This document shows, piece after piece, positions 39,520 through 51,586 of a stretch of DNA of 64,000 bases. Location of the stretch: assembly GCA_963699545.1 (NCBI GenBank), contig CAVOUE010000005.1, positions 320,001-384,000 on the forward strand. The letters run 5' to 3'. The position numbers and the translations under genes are program-made. Under the pieces are notes generated by a model. The model was not told the origin of the DNA. It saw only the letters and a list, made by a program, of their open reading frames with translations, and did not search any database. This DNA is from Nitrospirota bacterium (lineage in GTDB: Bacteria > Nitrospirota > Thermodesulfovibrionia > Thermodesulfovibrionales > UBA9159). Positions within the stretch are counted from its first letter, which is position 1, and every line of letters begins with the position of its first letter.

Positions 39520-39568
39520 CTTCCTCTGTTATTCCCTTCGGCTGCCCTCGATACCGGGTTGCAGTCTG

Positions 39569-40646
39569 TTATCTGCGCGAGCTCCCGAAAGACCCAGTGC
39601 CGCCTCCGCTGAACGTCCTCCCCCCACCCAGCGACGAGCCGAACGATCTGCTCACCGCAGCAGACGGGTTGAACGTTCTTCCGCCAGAGGACGAAGCAAC
39701 AAATGTCCGCTGCTGCACGGAATGACCGCTGAACACCCTGTTTTCAGAACGGTAACCAGCCCCTCTCCCAACAGACGGCGTACTGAATGATCTGCCACCT
39801 CCGGAAAAAGGAGCGGCAGTGCCGCGAATATTGGTTTGTGAACCGGTTACGCTGCTGCCAGTGGCTGGAGCGGACATCCCGCTCCTCCTCGCCGCTGCAG
39901 GGCTGCCGGCGTTGAGAATCGCCTGAGCTCCGCTCTGCGCGGAAGGGCTGGCCCAACCTCTGCCTCCACTGTCACGCAACGTTCCTCCGTGAACTCGGCT
40001 CGCAGGGTCAATGCGGGACATCCTGCCTGTGGAATCTCGGAAATGGTTGGAAACAATTTCCCTGTGCCCGAAATGTTCCCCGTCATGATGGTGCCCGTGC
40101 CTATTCACGTGCACATCGAAGTCTGCGAGGACAAAGAATCCCGGGAACCAGGCATTCCACCACCAGAACGGATAAGGTACCCACGTGTACAGGTAATAAT
40201 AATCCGCAGGCGGTGCATAGTAGGTGACTACCGGCGGACCCTCAGCAGAGTAATACCCGTTTATCGCAGCCGGGTCAGGATATTGCTCATGAGCGGCCAT
40301 ATCTTGAACAGGCTGACCGGGTGTATGGGCCAGTACAGACAGGTTAAGCTCGCTCGTCACATTCTGGAAAACTTCCAAGGCCTCGCCTCTTCCCATGGTT
40401 ATCCGCCCAGAATCAGCAGCTTCACCAATGGCCTGCCGCCCCAAGGAGACTCTCTGCCTCGGTCTCGTTTGCAGTGGTCCCCACATCGAACGCCTCAGCC
40501 AGTCTTATCGCCAAGGTACCTTCACGTACTAAGGGCTGTGAAATCGGAGGATTTTCGCTCGTTGTCCCGGCCTGCGCACTCATCAAAGCGGGAGTGAAGA
40601 GCAAGCTGCCCAAGACAGCAACAACCAAAAAAAGTGTGCTTTTCAT
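39569..40646 (-). CDS. Secreted hypothetical protein with Tyr/Pro/Trp core and Gly/Ser tail; frame break near 40440
   Basis: Signal-peptide ORF (MKSTLFLVV) joins ORF 39569-40486 (YYAPPADYYYLYTWVPYPFWW). Confidence 0.6.
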
Positions 40647-40933
40647 AGTCGCCACCTCTTTTCAACACACTCATCTGCACTTTTGACCTCCTATACTTAG
40701 CATAGAACGAGTTATTCATATAAGCAACTCTATAACTCTCTGGAAGACCGTGGGTAATGGCGGTTTTTGGATGTTAACAATCGAAATTGCCACGTTTTAT
40801 CGCTTGTCCAATTCTCCCTCCTGGTAGCTCCTTTTATCTCATTCGACCAAGCCTCTCTCCCTCACGATTTCCCGCACTTTTTTTCTCTATGAATGAGGGG
40901 ACAACCGGACATTTTTTATGATAATCTACCTTA

Positions 40934-41386
40934 ATGCTGATCCGGATGATTCTTAAGAACCTTGCCACTCTCGGCTTCATAGGCTATCTGCCTTTTGCGC
41001 CGGGGACCTTCGGCACCGTGGCCGCAGTGGTCCTCTTTGCCCTTCTGAAACCTCCGTTCCCTCTGCACGTAGTCCTCGTGCTTGTGATTACCATGGTCGG
41101 GCTGGTTGCCGCGGAAACAGCGGAGAAGATATTGAACGAGAAGGACAGCAGCCATATCGTGATCGATGAACTGGCCGGGTATGCCGTGGCTGTTCTTCAC
41201 GTCCCTTTTACCCTTCCTTACTTGATTATGGCCTTTCTTTTATTCAGATTTTTCGATATACTAAAGCCGCCGCCTATACGATGGATTGAGAAGGTCTTTC
41301 CCGGAGGAGCAGGCGTCATGGCGGACGACCTTATGGCGGGACTTTACGTGAACGTATTATTACAGGTATGGAAAGTTCTTGGATAG
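40934..41386 (+). CDS. pgpA: Phosphatidylglycerophosphatase A
   Basis: APGTFGT, IVIDE, FRFFDILKP, MADD. Confidence 0.93.
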   Translation: MLIRMILKNLATLGFIGYLPFAPGTFGTVAAVVLFALLKPPFPLHVVLVLVITMVGLVAAETAEKILNEKDSSHIVIDELAGYAVAVLHVPFTLPYLIMAFLLFRFFDILKPPPIRWIEKVFPGGAGVMADDLMAGLYVNVLLQVWKVLG

Positions 41387-41856
41387 AGCCGGTCGAAAGA
41401 ATTCATACGCACTTCAAGGCCTCCTGGAAGAGGCTCTGTGTCGCCGAGTCCTGCACGGGAGGTCTTGTCAGTCATCTTATCACCAGTCTTCCCGGCGCAT
41501 CCCTTTTCTTTGATTCCGCCGTTGTGTCCTACTCCAACGACGCCAAAATAAGACTTCTTGGGGTCAAGAGGTCTCTCATCAGAAAGCACGGCGCAGTGAG
41601 CGAAGAGGTGGCTCAGGCGATGGCGGTTGGCATAAGGGGTAAGAGGGGATCTGACTTCGCCCTGGCAACTACAGGGAATCTCGGTCCCGTACCCATGGAA
41701 GGCAAACAGGTAGGCTTGGTGTATATGGCGGTGGACTTTGAAAAAGAGACCGTGTCAAGGGGAATGATATTTGAAGGGGACAGGGAAGAGATAAAACTTC
41801 AGGCCGCGCTGTCTTCTCTTCGGTTTCTCGCCGAGGTCGTCGAGACCTGGATATGA
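41368..41856 (+). CDS. cinA: CinA C-terminal domain / NMN deamidase
   Basis: AESCTGG, YSN..K, GAVS. Confidence 0.88.
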   Translation: MESSWIEPVERIHTHFKASWKRLCVAESCTGGLVSHLITSLPGASLFFDSAVVSYSNDAKIRLLGVKRSLIRKHGAVSEEVAQAMAVGIRGKRGSDFALATTGNLGPVPMEGKQVGLVYMAVDFEKETVSRGMIFEGDREEIKLQAALSSLRFLAEVVETWI

Positions 41857-42419
41857 GATGCTTTGTTGCAGTAAACATCGAGGATTCCCTGAAAAAAGAG
41901 ATCCGTTCCGCAATAGGCGACCTTACTTCGGGAAGATGGGATGTGAAGTGGGTTCCCGTGGAGAATCTTCATATCACCCTTAAATTTCTCGGTGATGCCG
42001 CCGATGATACCGTGCAGAGGGTGAAGGACTGCCTGGCGCGGATTTCGAAACACCATGGTCACTTTGAGGTCAAACTTCAGGGCGTCGGCGTGTTTCCTGA
42101 TAGGAAAAGACCGAGGGTGGTTTGGATAGATCTACTGAATTCAGAGAAGCTCAAGAAACTTCAAGCTGAAGTTGAAGTTTCTTCTGTATCTATAGGATTT
42201 TACAAAGAAGATAGGAGTTTTTCTCCTCATCTGACAATCGGGAGGATACGCGCACTGAGGGACAGGGATACGTTCATCCGGGCTATAGAAACCCTAAGTG
42301 ACAGGGATTTTGGTAATATAGGGGTGAATAAAATCTCTTTCATGAAAAGCGACTTAAAACCTACAGGGGCTCAGTACTCCATTGTGGCTGAGTTTCCCCT
42401 TAACAAGGAGGAACAATGA
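41853..42419 (+). CDS. thpR: RNA 2',3'-cyclic phosphodiesterase
   Basis: Two HxT motifs (HITL, HLTI). Confidence 0.92.
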   Translation: MRCFVAVNIEDSLKKEIRSAIGDLTSGRWDVKWVPVENLHITLKFLGDAADDTVQRVKDCLARISKHHGHFEVKLQGVGVFPDRKRPRVVWIDLLNSEKLKKLQAEVEVSSVSIGFYKEDRSFSPHLTIGRIRALRDRDTFIRAIETLSDRDFGNIGVNKISFMKSDLKPTGAQYSIVAEFPLNKEEQ

Positions 42420-43411
42420 CCAATAAGGACAAGATAAAGGCGCTCGATCTGGCGATCTCCCAGATCGAACGGAGCTTCGGCAAAGGGGCCATTATGAAAC
42501 TGGGTGCAGGAGAGGTGGCGGAAGGGGTACAGGCAATACCCACAGGTTCCATCACCCTGGATATTGCCACAGGAATCGGCGGCTATCCCCGGGGAAGGGT
42601 CGTCGAGATCTTCGGACCTGAATCTTCGGGAAAGACAACCCTTGCCCTTAACGCCATCGCCGAGGCCCAGAAGGCCGGCGGCGTTGCGGCATTCATCGAC
42701 GCAGAGCACGCCCTCGATATAAACTATGCAAAGAGGATCGGGGTGAAAGTGGAGGACCTGCTCGTATCGCAGCCCGACACCGGCGAACAGGCCCTGGAAG
42801 TGGCTGAGGCCCTTGTGAGAAGCGGCGCTGTTGATATCATTGTGATCGACTCCGTTGCGGCCCTTGTGCCGAAGGCGGAGATAGAAGGGGAAATGGGAGA
42901 TTCTCTTCCCGGCCTTCAGGCCAGACTGATGAGCCAGGCGATGAGAAAGCTCACTGCGGTCATCTCAAAATCCCTCACGACACTGATATTCATCAACCAG
43001 ATAAGAATGAAGATAGGGGTGATGTTCGGAAACCCCGAGACCACCACCGGAGGAAATGCCCTGAAGTTCTATTCCTCCATGAGGCTCGATATACGGCGGA
43101 TAGACAATCTCAAGGAAAATCAGGAGACCGTGGGTGGAAGGGTAAGGGTAAAAGTGGTGAAAAACAAGGTCGCTCCTCCTTTCAAACAGGCTGAGTTTGA
43201 TATATACTTTAACGAAGGAATATCAAGGGTCGGAGAGCTTGTGGACCTGGGAGTCGATGGTGGAATCATCGAGAAATCCGGGGCATGGTACAGTTACAGC
43301 AGCTCCCGGATCGGCCAGGGAAGGGAGAATGCCAAGGAGTTCCTGAAGAACAATCCAGAGGTCTGCGAAGCCATCCAGCAAAAGATCATGGAACTTAAGA
43401 TGAGGAGATGA
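42416..43411 (+). CDS. recA: Recombinase A
   Basis: [29 protein letters not shown]. Confidence 0.99.
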   Translation: MTNKDKIKALDLAISQIERSFGKGAIMKLGAGEVAEGVQAIPTGSITLDIATGIGGYPRGRVVEIFGPESSGKTTLALNAIAEAQKAGGVAAFIDAEHALDINYAKRIGVKVEDLLVSQPDTGEQALEVAEALVRSGAVDIIVIDSVAALVPKAEIEGEMGDSLPGLQARLMSQAMRKLTAVISKSLTTLIFINQIRMKIGVMFGNPETTTGGNALKFYSSMRLDIRRIDNLKENQETVGGRVRVKVVKNKVAPPFKQAEFDIYFNEGISRVGELVDLGVDGGIIEKSGAWYSYSSSRIGQGRENAKEFLKNNPEVCEAIQQKIMELKMRR

Positions 43412-43414
43412 TCC

Positions 43415-44573
43415 ATGGAAATCAACGAACTGCTCAAAACCGCCATTACGGAAAATGCGTCTGACCTGCATATCAAGGTCGGCTCACCCCCCATTGTCCG
43501 GGTGACCGGAGAGCTGATACCTCTGGTCTCGAGGAGAGGATTTCGCAGCAGGAGGCCATGAAGATCGCCTTTGCCGTGATGAGCCCCGGCCAGAGGGAGG
43601 TCTTCAAGCAGAAGAATGAGATCGACCTTGCGTACAGCGTCCCGGGTCTCGGCAGGTTCAGGTGCAACGTCTTCATCCAGAGAGGCACCATCGGCCTGGT
43701 CTTCAGGGTCATCCCCATGAGGATTCCGTCCATCGAAGAGCTCAACCTCCCGGAGGTTCTGCAGAAGATCGCCATGGAGGAGAGGGGTCTCGTCCTTGTC
43801 ACGGGAACAACAGGAAGCGGTAAAGTCCACGACACTCGCCAGCATGATCGATTACATCAATATGAACAGGACATGCAACATCATCACCATCGAAGACCCC
43901 ATTGAATATCTCCACAGGGATAAAAAGAGCATCGTAAACCAGCGCGAGGTGGGTAGCGACACCGAGTCCTTCGGAAGGGCATTGCGCTCGGCCCTCAGGC
44001 AGGACCCTGACGTGATCCTCGTGGGCGAGATGCGTGACTTCGAGACGATCCAGACGGCCCTGACTGCTGCGGAGACCGGTCATCTCGTCTTCAGCACCCT
44101 CCATACCATCGATGCCACAGAGACGGTGAACAGAATCATCGCGGTCTTCCCTCCCTATCAGCACAAGCAGGTGAGCATCCAGCTGTCCTCGGTGATCAAG
44201 GGCATCATCTCCATGAGACTTATGCCCAAGGCTGACGGGAAAGGCAGGGTGCCGGCAGTGGAAGTTCTTGTCGCTACAGCAATGATAAAGGACTGCATCC
44301 TCGATCCGGACAAGACAAAGCTCATTCCCGACACCATTGCCCAGGGCAAGACTCCACTACGGCATGCAGACCTTTGACCAGTCCATCTTCGATCTCTTCA
44401 AGTTGGGACTGATCACCTACGAAGAAGCCCTGAGGAGGGCGTCAAACCCCGACGACTTCGTCCTGAGGGTAAAGGGCGTCCGTTCCACCAGTGATCTCAC
44501 CTTCGATGAACAGGCTTCGCCGACGGAACCGCCGGCGAAATCCGGGGTGGAGATTCAGCGATTTGCGAAATGA
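43415..44573 (+). CDS. pilT: Type IV pilus retraction ATPase; frameshifts near 43530, 43825 and 44350
   Basis: ASDLHIKVG, GTTGSGK, TIEDPIE, ALRQDPD, AAETGH, STLHT, GMQTFDQ across frames. Confidence 0.9.
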
Positions 44574-45067
44574 GGGTACAGGCTCCTCGCCTCTCTGTGT
44601 TACACTATGCGTACCGGCTCCTGAGCTACAGAAGCAGAAGCGAAGAGGAGATGGTCAGAAGACTGAGGATGAAGGGTTTTGATGAACTCTCCGTCAGGAA
44701 GGCCGTATCCCAGCTCAGGGAGAGCGGCTTCCTCGACGACAGGAAACTCGCGGCCTCCCTCAGACAACACGCAGAGGAGTCGAAGCAACTGAGCCTCATC
44801 GGAACACGGAGATTCCTTCTCCAGAGGGGTGTCCCTCCGGAGATAATCGCCGAGGTGGTGGGGGATATCGACGAGATCGGGACGGCAACGAAGCTCGTTG
44901 AAAAAAAAATCGCTGCGTGGAGAAAACAGAGCCTTTCCCGGAAGGGCTTGCAGATGGACGGCGCACTGATCAGAAAACTGTACGGTGTTCTCTACCGGAA
45001 GGGATACCCTGCCGATGCGATAAGAAAAGTACTGCACCGCTATGCAGACAAGGAGGATTTGGAATGA
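44570..45067 (+). CDS. recX: Regulatory protein RecX
   Basis: AYRLLSYRSRSEEE, GFLDD, LYRKGY. Confidence 0.88.
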   Translation: MRVQAPRLSVLHYAYRLLSYRSRSEEEMVRRLRMKGFDELSVRKAVSQLRESGFLDDRKLAASLRQHAEESKQLSLIGTRRFLLQRGVPPEIIAEVVGDIDEIGTATKLVEKKIAAWRKQSLSRKGLQMDGALIRKLYGVLYRKGYPADAIRKVLHRYADKEDLE

Positions 45068-45462
45068 AGAACGCGCTTTTTTTTGCTCTGCTTTTTACGC
45101 TTGGTCTCTTGAGCCTCTCAGGATGCACAACCGCGGTGAGGTACTCTCCCGAAGAGATAAAGGGCTACCCCCCTGCGATCCAGGAACAGATACAGCAGGG
45201 CAATGTGGTAGCCGGGATGACCCCTCAGCAAGTTCGGTACGCATGGGGATCTCCGACAACAGTGAATGTGATCACGCCGACCCAGGACGGAAAACTGCGG
45301 GAAGAATGGCTTTATTCGTCCGGGATATTCGTGCAGAGAAGACTCCTCTTTGTCGAGGGAAGACTCTTCGATATCTTCCCGGAACCAAAATCAGCGCCCG
45401 CACCTGCTCAGGAGAACACAGCAGCCGGAAAAATGATGAAGAGGAAAGGCATCCCGAGATGA
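45064..45462 (+). CDS. Lipoprotein (BamE/SmpA-like domain)
   Basis: Lipobox LSGC; GMT..QV..AWGSP; EEWLY. Confidence 0.75.
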   Translation: MKNALFFALLFTLGLLSLSGCTTAVRYSPEEIKGYPPAIQEQIQQGNVVAGMTPQQVRYAWGSPTTVNVITPTQDGKLREEWLYSSGIFVQRRLLFVEGRLFDIFPEPKSAPAPAQENTAAGKMMKRKGIPR

Positions 45463-48120
45463 AAAGCGCTGAGATCAGAGCTTCATACCTTGATTATTTC
45501 CGGGGCAAAGGGCACGAAATCGTAAAGAGTTCTGCCCTTATCCCGAAAGGCGACCCTACCCTGCTCTTTACCAATGCCGGGCATGGTCCAGTTCAAATCC
45601 GTTTTTCTCGGAGAAGAGACAAAGACCATATAGAAGCGCCACCTCCTGCCAGAAATGCCTGCAGGGCAGGGCGGCAAGCACAGCGACATAGAAAATGTGG
45701 GGCATACCGCACGACACCACACTTTCTTCGAAATGCTTGGGAATTTCTCCTTCGGCGACTATTTCAAGAGGGATGCCGTATCCTTTGCATGGGAGCTCCT
45801 CACGGAGCGGTTCAGCTTCCGGAAGACAGATTCTGGGTGTCGGTGTATGAGGACGACGACGAGGCGGCAAAGCTCTGGACGGAGCTTACCGGAGATACCG
45901 GACGGCAGGATCGTGCGACTGGGAGCAAAAGACAACTTCTGGCAGATGGGTGATACAGGACCGTGCGGACCGTGCTCCGAGATCATCATCGACCAGGGAC
46001 CGGACGTGGGCTGCGACAGAGAAGATTGCACCGTTGGATGCGACTGTGACAGCTACCTGGAGATATGGAACCTTGTCTTCATGCAGTTTAACAGGGACGA
46101 CCAGGGAAACCTTACCCCTCTCCCGAAACCGAGCATAGATACAGGGATGGGCCTTGAAAGGGTTACTGCAGTACTGCAGGGCAAGCTCAACAATTTCGAC
46201 ACAGACATCTTTTCCACCATCATATCTGCGGTGAGCCATTCCACCGGCGTCGGCTACGGCAAGAGCCGGCAGAGCGATGTCTCAATAAGGGTCATTGCCG
46301 ACCATATGCGGGCCATCTCCTTCCTCCTTACAGAAGGCCTTATGCCCTCCAATGAGGGACGCGGCTATGTCCTCAGGAGGATCATCAGAAGGGCTGCACG
46401 TCATGCCAGGATGCTTGGCATCCACAGGCCGGTGCTCCACCGGCTGGTAGACTCCGTTGTTGAGAGCATGGGGGATATCTACCCTGAACTCCATGAGGAA
46501 AGGGAACGGGCAGCCAGGTTCCTGATGATCGAAGAAGAGCGCTTTGCCAGGACCCTTGAACAGGGCATGAGGATGATGGACGACATCATTGCGACCATGA
46601 ACAAATCCGGCCAGAAACTGATCCCTGGCAGCGAGCTCTTCAAGCTCTATGACACCTTTGGCTTTCCGCTGGACCTGGCCCGGGATATTGCCGCTGACAG
46701 TGACCTGCTCATCGATGAAGACGGATTTCAGAAGGAGATGGAGATACAGAGGGAAAGGGCGCGGGCCTCGTGGGTGGGAGAAGAGGAGGCCGTGGCATCC
46801 ATTTACCGGGAGCTCATCTCCGAGATCGGCAGGACGGAATTCCTTGGCTATGAAACCCTGGAGTCGCAATCGCTCATAAAGGCCATCCTCAGGGATGGAA
46901 AAGTGATAAAGGAGGCAAAAGAAGGTGCAGAGGTCGAGGTCTTCCTCGACAGGACACCCTTCTATGGAGAATCCGGCGGACAGGTGGGAGACACCGGCGA
47001 GATCACGGGCGAGAACTTCAAAGCATCGGTGATCGACACTCGAAAACCCCTGGAAGGACTCCACGCGCATGTGGTGAAGATCAGGAAGGGAGCCCTCCAC
47101 GTGTGGGACAAGGTGCGGTGCAACGTGGATGCCGAAGAGAGAAAAGCGACGATGAGAAACCACACCGCCACTCATCTGCTCCAGGCTGCCCTAAAACTCG
47201 TATTGGGCGACCACGTCAAGCAGGCAGGCTCCCTTGTTTCGCCTTCGCGCCTCCGCTTTGACTTTACGAATTTCTCGGGTCTTGATGAACCCGAGCTCTC
47301 TGCCATCGAGGCCATGGTGAACGAAAGGATACTGGAGAACCTTCCCGTAAACACGACAGTGATGGATATACAGACCGCCATTGAGTCGGGCGCTACCGCT
47401 CTTTTCGGAGAGAAGTACGGGGAATCGGTGCGGGTTGTCTCAGTGCCGGGATATACTTCGGAGCTTTGCGGGGGGACCCACTGCAGGGCCACGGGGGATA
47501 TCGGTCTCTTCTCCGTCGTGTCGGAAGGAAGCGTTGCATCCGGTATCAGAAGGATCGAGGCGTTCACCGGCAAAACGGCATTTCAGTTCCTTCGGGACAA
47601 AGGCACTGAGTTGAAGAAGATCAGCGACCTCCTGAAGACCGACCACGCTTATCAGAGGATAGAGAAACTCATGGCGGAACTGAAAACGATGGAAAGGGAA
47701 CGGGATGCCATAAAACTAAAGGCGGCCACGAGGGACTCTTCATCCATTCTGGAGCGGGCCCGCACCATACACGGGATCACCGTGCTTTCCCACAGGGTTG
47801 ACGACCTTGAACAGAAGGACCTGAGGATACTTGCCGACACCATCAGGGACAAGGTAGGCTCCGGCATTATTTTTGTGGCGTCGGTAAAGAACGGCCAGGC
47901 ATCCATGCTCGCCATGGTCACGAAAGACCTCACCGGCCGGTTCAGCGCGGGAGATATGCTGAAAGAAGTCGCGGCCATGGCAGGAGGCAGGGGCGGTGGC
48001 AAGGCGGAAATGGCACAGGGAGGCACAAGCGATCTGGATGGACTGGACAAGGCACTGGAATCGGTATACGATATAATTGAAAAGAAAATAACGGGGAACA
48101 AGGTTCAGGTTACGAAATAG
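45459..48120 (+). CDS. alaS: Alanine-tRNA ligase, several frameshifts in the first 450 nt
   Basis: DPTLLFTNAG, RHHTFFEMLGNFSFG, NHTATHLL, ELCGGTH, GGRGGG. Confidence 0.95.
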
Positions 48121-48190
48121 AACAGGGACGTTTTCAGACCTCTCGTTGCTCTTGACTCATGACCCGTCAGTCTCATTAAGGAGGTGCCTT

Positions 48191-48517
48191 ATGACTTTTT
48201 TTGATGCCGTACGAAACGCTCTTCTTGCTGGGTTCGGGGTGCAGGAAAAGGTAGCCGAGTTCGTTAATGATCTGGTGAAGAAGGGGGAGCTGAGCGAATC
48301 CCAGGGCGCAAAGCTCGTGAGGGAATGGGCAGACAAGGCTGACAGCAGCACCGAGCAGTTCAGCAAGAGTCTTTCGGACATCATCTCAAAAACAATGGAA
48401 AAAATGACCATCCCCTCGAAAGACGATTTGGACAAACTGAACAGGAAGATCCAGTCCCTCACGGCGCGGGTGAAGAAGCTGGAGGGGATCAAGGAGGAAG
48501 GTCCGGAAGAGGAATAG
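48191..48517 (+). CDS. Phasin-like coiled-coil protein
   Basis: LLAGFG, LVKKGEL..QG; RBS AAGGAGG; typical ubiB neighbour. Confidence 0.75.
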   Translation: MTFFDAVRNALLAGFGVQEKVAEFVNDLVKKGELSESQGAKLVREWADKADSSTEQFSKSLSDIISKTMEKMTIPSKDDLDKLNRKIQSLTARVKKLEGIKEEGPEEE

Positions 48518-48522
48518 CTCTG

Positions 48523-50220
48523 GTGGATCTCTTCAGAGTCACCCGCACCTACAGGTCTGCACGAAGGCTTCAGCAGATCATCAATGTCTTTCTCAAGCAC
48601 GGCTTCGGCCGTATCATAGACCAGATACACCTCGGCAGATACGTCCCTTTCAGAAAGCGTCTCAAGACGTTCGGCCAGTGGCCCGCGCTCAAGGGACCTT
48701 CGGTGCCGGAGCGGCTCCGCATCGCCTTTGAAGAACTGGGACCAAGTTTCATCAAGCTGGCGCAGCTGCTCTCTTCCCGATCGGACCTTATCACGGCGCA
48801 GTTTGCAAACGAGTTCAAGAAGCTCCAGGACGAGGTCCCGCCCTTCCCTGTGGCAGTGGCAAAACAGATCATCGCGGAAGAGCTGAAAAAACCCCTGGGC
48901 GAAATATTTATCGAGTTCAGGGATGAGCCCGTTGCAGCGGCATCCATCGCACAGGTGCACTATGCAAAGCTTCTGGACGGCGGCGAGGTCATCGTGAAGG
49001 TCCAGCGCCCGGGGATACGGGAGCAGATCGAAACCGACATCAACATCCTTACCACGGTAGCACGCCTTCTGGAGCGGCATGTCCCTGAGAGCAGATTCTT
49101 TAATCCCACAGGAATTGTTGATGAATTCTCAAGGACTCTTTACAAGGAGCTGGACTTTGTGGGAGAGGCAAAGAATTGCTCCCGGTTCAGGAAGAGCTTC
49201 GAAAACAACCCCGACATTTATATACCGCAGATCTACGGAGATTATGTTACCGAGAAAGTCCTGGTCATGGAGAGGATCAAGGGGGTGAGGATCGACGACA
49301 TCCCCGGGATCACGGCCATGGGCCTTGACCGCAAGCGACTCGTGAAGATCAGTGTGGACGCCTACTTCAAGATGATCCTGGACGACGGGTTCTTCCATGC
49401 GGATCCCCACCCCGGGAATATCCTCGTGACCGGGGACGGGATGCTCGCCTTTGTGGATTTCGGCATCGTGGGGAGCGTAACTCCTGAAATGATGGAGACC
49501 ATGGCAAACACCTTCCTCGCTCTCATTCACAGGGACTTTGACGGCCTCATTGACCAGTACGTCGAACTCGGGTATGTGCCTGAGGATGTCGACCTTGACA
49601 AGTTCAGACGGGAGTTCAGGACAGACCTCCTCTATTTCCTTGAACCGCTCTACGGGCTCACGCTCCAGGAGATCAACTTCGCACAGTACCTCGACATCAT
49701 CACCCACATTGCGCTGAAACACAGGATGCAGATACCTGCCGACTTGCTGCTCATCAACAAGGCGATGCTCATTCTCGAAAATATCGGCAGGGAACTGGAC
49801 CCCGGCTTCGACTTCGTTGCAGCGGCAGAGCCCTACGCGGAGAAGATCGTGATGAGCAAGTACAGCCCCTCAAAGATGATGGAAAAGGCAGGCAAGAATG
49901 TCATGGAAATGGGAGATTTCATCTTTCTGTTTCCAAAACAGATAAAGTTGATCATACGGAAGATCCTCAGGGACGATGTCCATCTGAAGATGACCCATAT
50001 AGGGCTGGACCGGTTCATCACCGACATGGACCGTTCGAGCAATCGCATCACCTTCGGCCTGATCATCGCCGCCATGCTTCTCAGCTCCGCCATAATGCAA
50101 TCATCAGGGGTAGGATCAAGGATCTTCGGCATGTCCGTCCTCGGTCTCATGAGTTTCGGTTCCGCCTTCCTTCTGGGCATATGGCTCATCATATCCATCA
50201 TACGCTCGGGAAGACTTTAA
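48523..50220 (+). CDS. ubiB: ABC1/UbiB atypical kinase
   Basis: LGPSFIKLAQ, AAASIAQVH, VKVQRP, FHADPHPGN, DFG. Confidence 0.88.
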   Translation: MDLFRVTRTYRSARRLQQIINVFLKHGFGRIIDQIHLGRYVPFRKRLKTFGQWPALKGPSVPERLRIAFEELGPSFIKLAQLLSSRSDLITAQFANEFKKLQDEVPPFPVAVAKQIIAEELKKPLGEIFIEFRDEPVAAASIAQVHYAKLLDGGEVIVKVQRPGIREQIETDINILTTVARLLERHVPESRFFNPTGIVDEFSRTLYKELDFVGEAKNCSRFRKSFENNPDIYIPQIYGDYVTEKVLVMERIKGVRIDDIPGITAMGLDRKRLVKISVDAYFKMILDDGFFHADPHPGNILVTGDGMLAFVDFGIVGSVTPEMMETMANTFLALIHRDFDGLIDQYVELGYVPEDVDLDKFRREFRTDLLYFLEPLYGLTLQEINFAQYLDIITHIALKHRMQIPADLLLINKAMLILENIGRELDPGFDFVAAAEPYAEKIVMSKYSPSKMMEKAGKNVMEMGDFIFLFPKQIKLIIRKILRDDVHLKMTHIGLDRFITDMDRSSNRITFGLIIAAMLLSSAIMQSSGVGSRIFGMSVLGLMSFGSAFLLGIWLIISIIRSGRL

Positions 50221-50267
50221 GGGATTGGCGCTTTCGTCACGGTCTTCAGTGACTACGAGCTCTGTGC

Positions 50268-51572
50268 TCACTTGCCCAGCAGTATTGACCCCTCAGAAAA
50301 GAATGTCCCCGCCACCGCAGCGGTCATGAGGCATGCAAGGGTCGCTGCGATAAGCGCTTTGAAACCGATGCTGGAAAGGTCCTTCGTCCGCCGGGGAACG
50401 AGGGCCGCCGTGCCGCCGACGAAAATGGCAAGAGACGCGAAGTGGGCGAACCCGTTCAGGGCATAAGCAGCAAGGACCGCAGAGCGGGGATCCCTGAGAG
50501 CCCCGGAATTGAGGAGCACTGCAAGGTCCTGATACGACTTCACCTCTGTGAGCACAGCCCGCTCACCTATGAGCCTGGCGATCTCCACGGCGTCTGCGAA
50601 AGGGACACCGATCACAAGGGCAAGGGGATAGAACAGGTACCCCAGAAGACCCTTCAACGACCAGTCAACCTGAATTCCCAGGAGATCGTTCAGTCGCATC
50701 CCGACACCGGAAAGGAAAAGATCCACGAGCGCCACAATGCCGAGGAACGCAAGGAGAAGCGCCACGATCCCTGCCACCATCTTAAGCCCCTCGTTCGCCC
50801 CTGTGATGATCGCTTCCATTATGCTTGATTCTTTTTCATAGTGAGGGACCACGTCCATCCCCAGTGTCTCCGGTTTCCCGGTCTCGGGCATGATGATCTT
50901 TGACATAACAATTGCCGCTATGGCGGAAAGAATGGATGCTGAGACAAGGTGACCGGCTATGGTGGGGAACTTTTCTTTCAGGAGGAAGACGTAAAGGGCC
51001 AGGACGTTGGATGCGGTTGTGGACATGCCGGCAGCGAGGATGGTACAGAGCTCGGAGCGGGTCATGCCCCCCAGGTAGGGCAGGACAGTCATGTTGGCTT
51101 CCACCCCGACAAAGATATTGCTGGATACGCTGAGGGACTCTGCACCGCTTATCCCCATCAGTCTTGTAAAGACCTTTGAGAACAGCCTTATAAGCCTGGG
51201 CATCACGCCGATGTAGTAAAGGGCTGCCATGAGGCTCGCAAAGAATATGATGGTCGGAAAGGCCTGGAATGCCAGAATAAAGCCGATGGATTCTTCGCCT
51301 GCTTCATTCCTTGTGCCCGGTGGAAGGGCAAGCCTGCCGAAGAGGAACCTCGTGCCTGCACCTGCGCTGTCAAGGAGCTTTACCACCACGTCGTTCACAA
51401 AAAGGAAGAGCCGGGAGCCTGCAGGAACGACGAAAATGAAAAGGGCCAGGAGAAGCTGGAGGGCGGTTCCCCAAAAAATGACGCGCCAGTTGATGACCCT
51501 TCTGTCGGCGGAAAGACCCCAGGCAACGGCCATGAGGATGAAGATACCGATAAAACTTATGAGGTTATACAT
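50268..51572 (-). CDS. nupC: Concentrative nucleoside transporter (CNT/NupC family)
   Basis: FPTIIFF, GAES..NIFVG, GFAHFAS; hydrophobic. Confidence 0.88.
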   Translation of the reverse strand: MYNLISFIGIFILMAVAWGLSADRRVINWRVIFWGTALQLLLALFIFVVPAGSRLFLFVNDVVVKLLDSAGAGTRFLFGRLALPPGTRNEAGEESIGFILAFQAFPTIIFFASLMAALYYIGVMPRLIRLFSKVFTRLMGISGAESLSVSSNIFVGVEANMTVLPYLGGMTRSELCTILAAGMSTTASNVLALYVFLLKEKFPTIAGHLVSASILSAIAAIVMSKIIMPETGKPETLGMDVVPHYEKESSIMEAIITGANEGLKMVAGIVALLLAFLGIVALVDLFLSGVGMRLNDLLGIQVDWSLKGLLGYLFYPLALVIGVPFADAVEIARLIGERAVLTEVKSYQDLAVLLNSGALRDPRSAVLAAYALNGFAHFASLAIFVGGTAALVPRRTKDLSSIGFKALIAATLACLMTAAVAGTFFSEGSILLGK

Positions 51573-51586
51573 GTTCTCAATCCATC

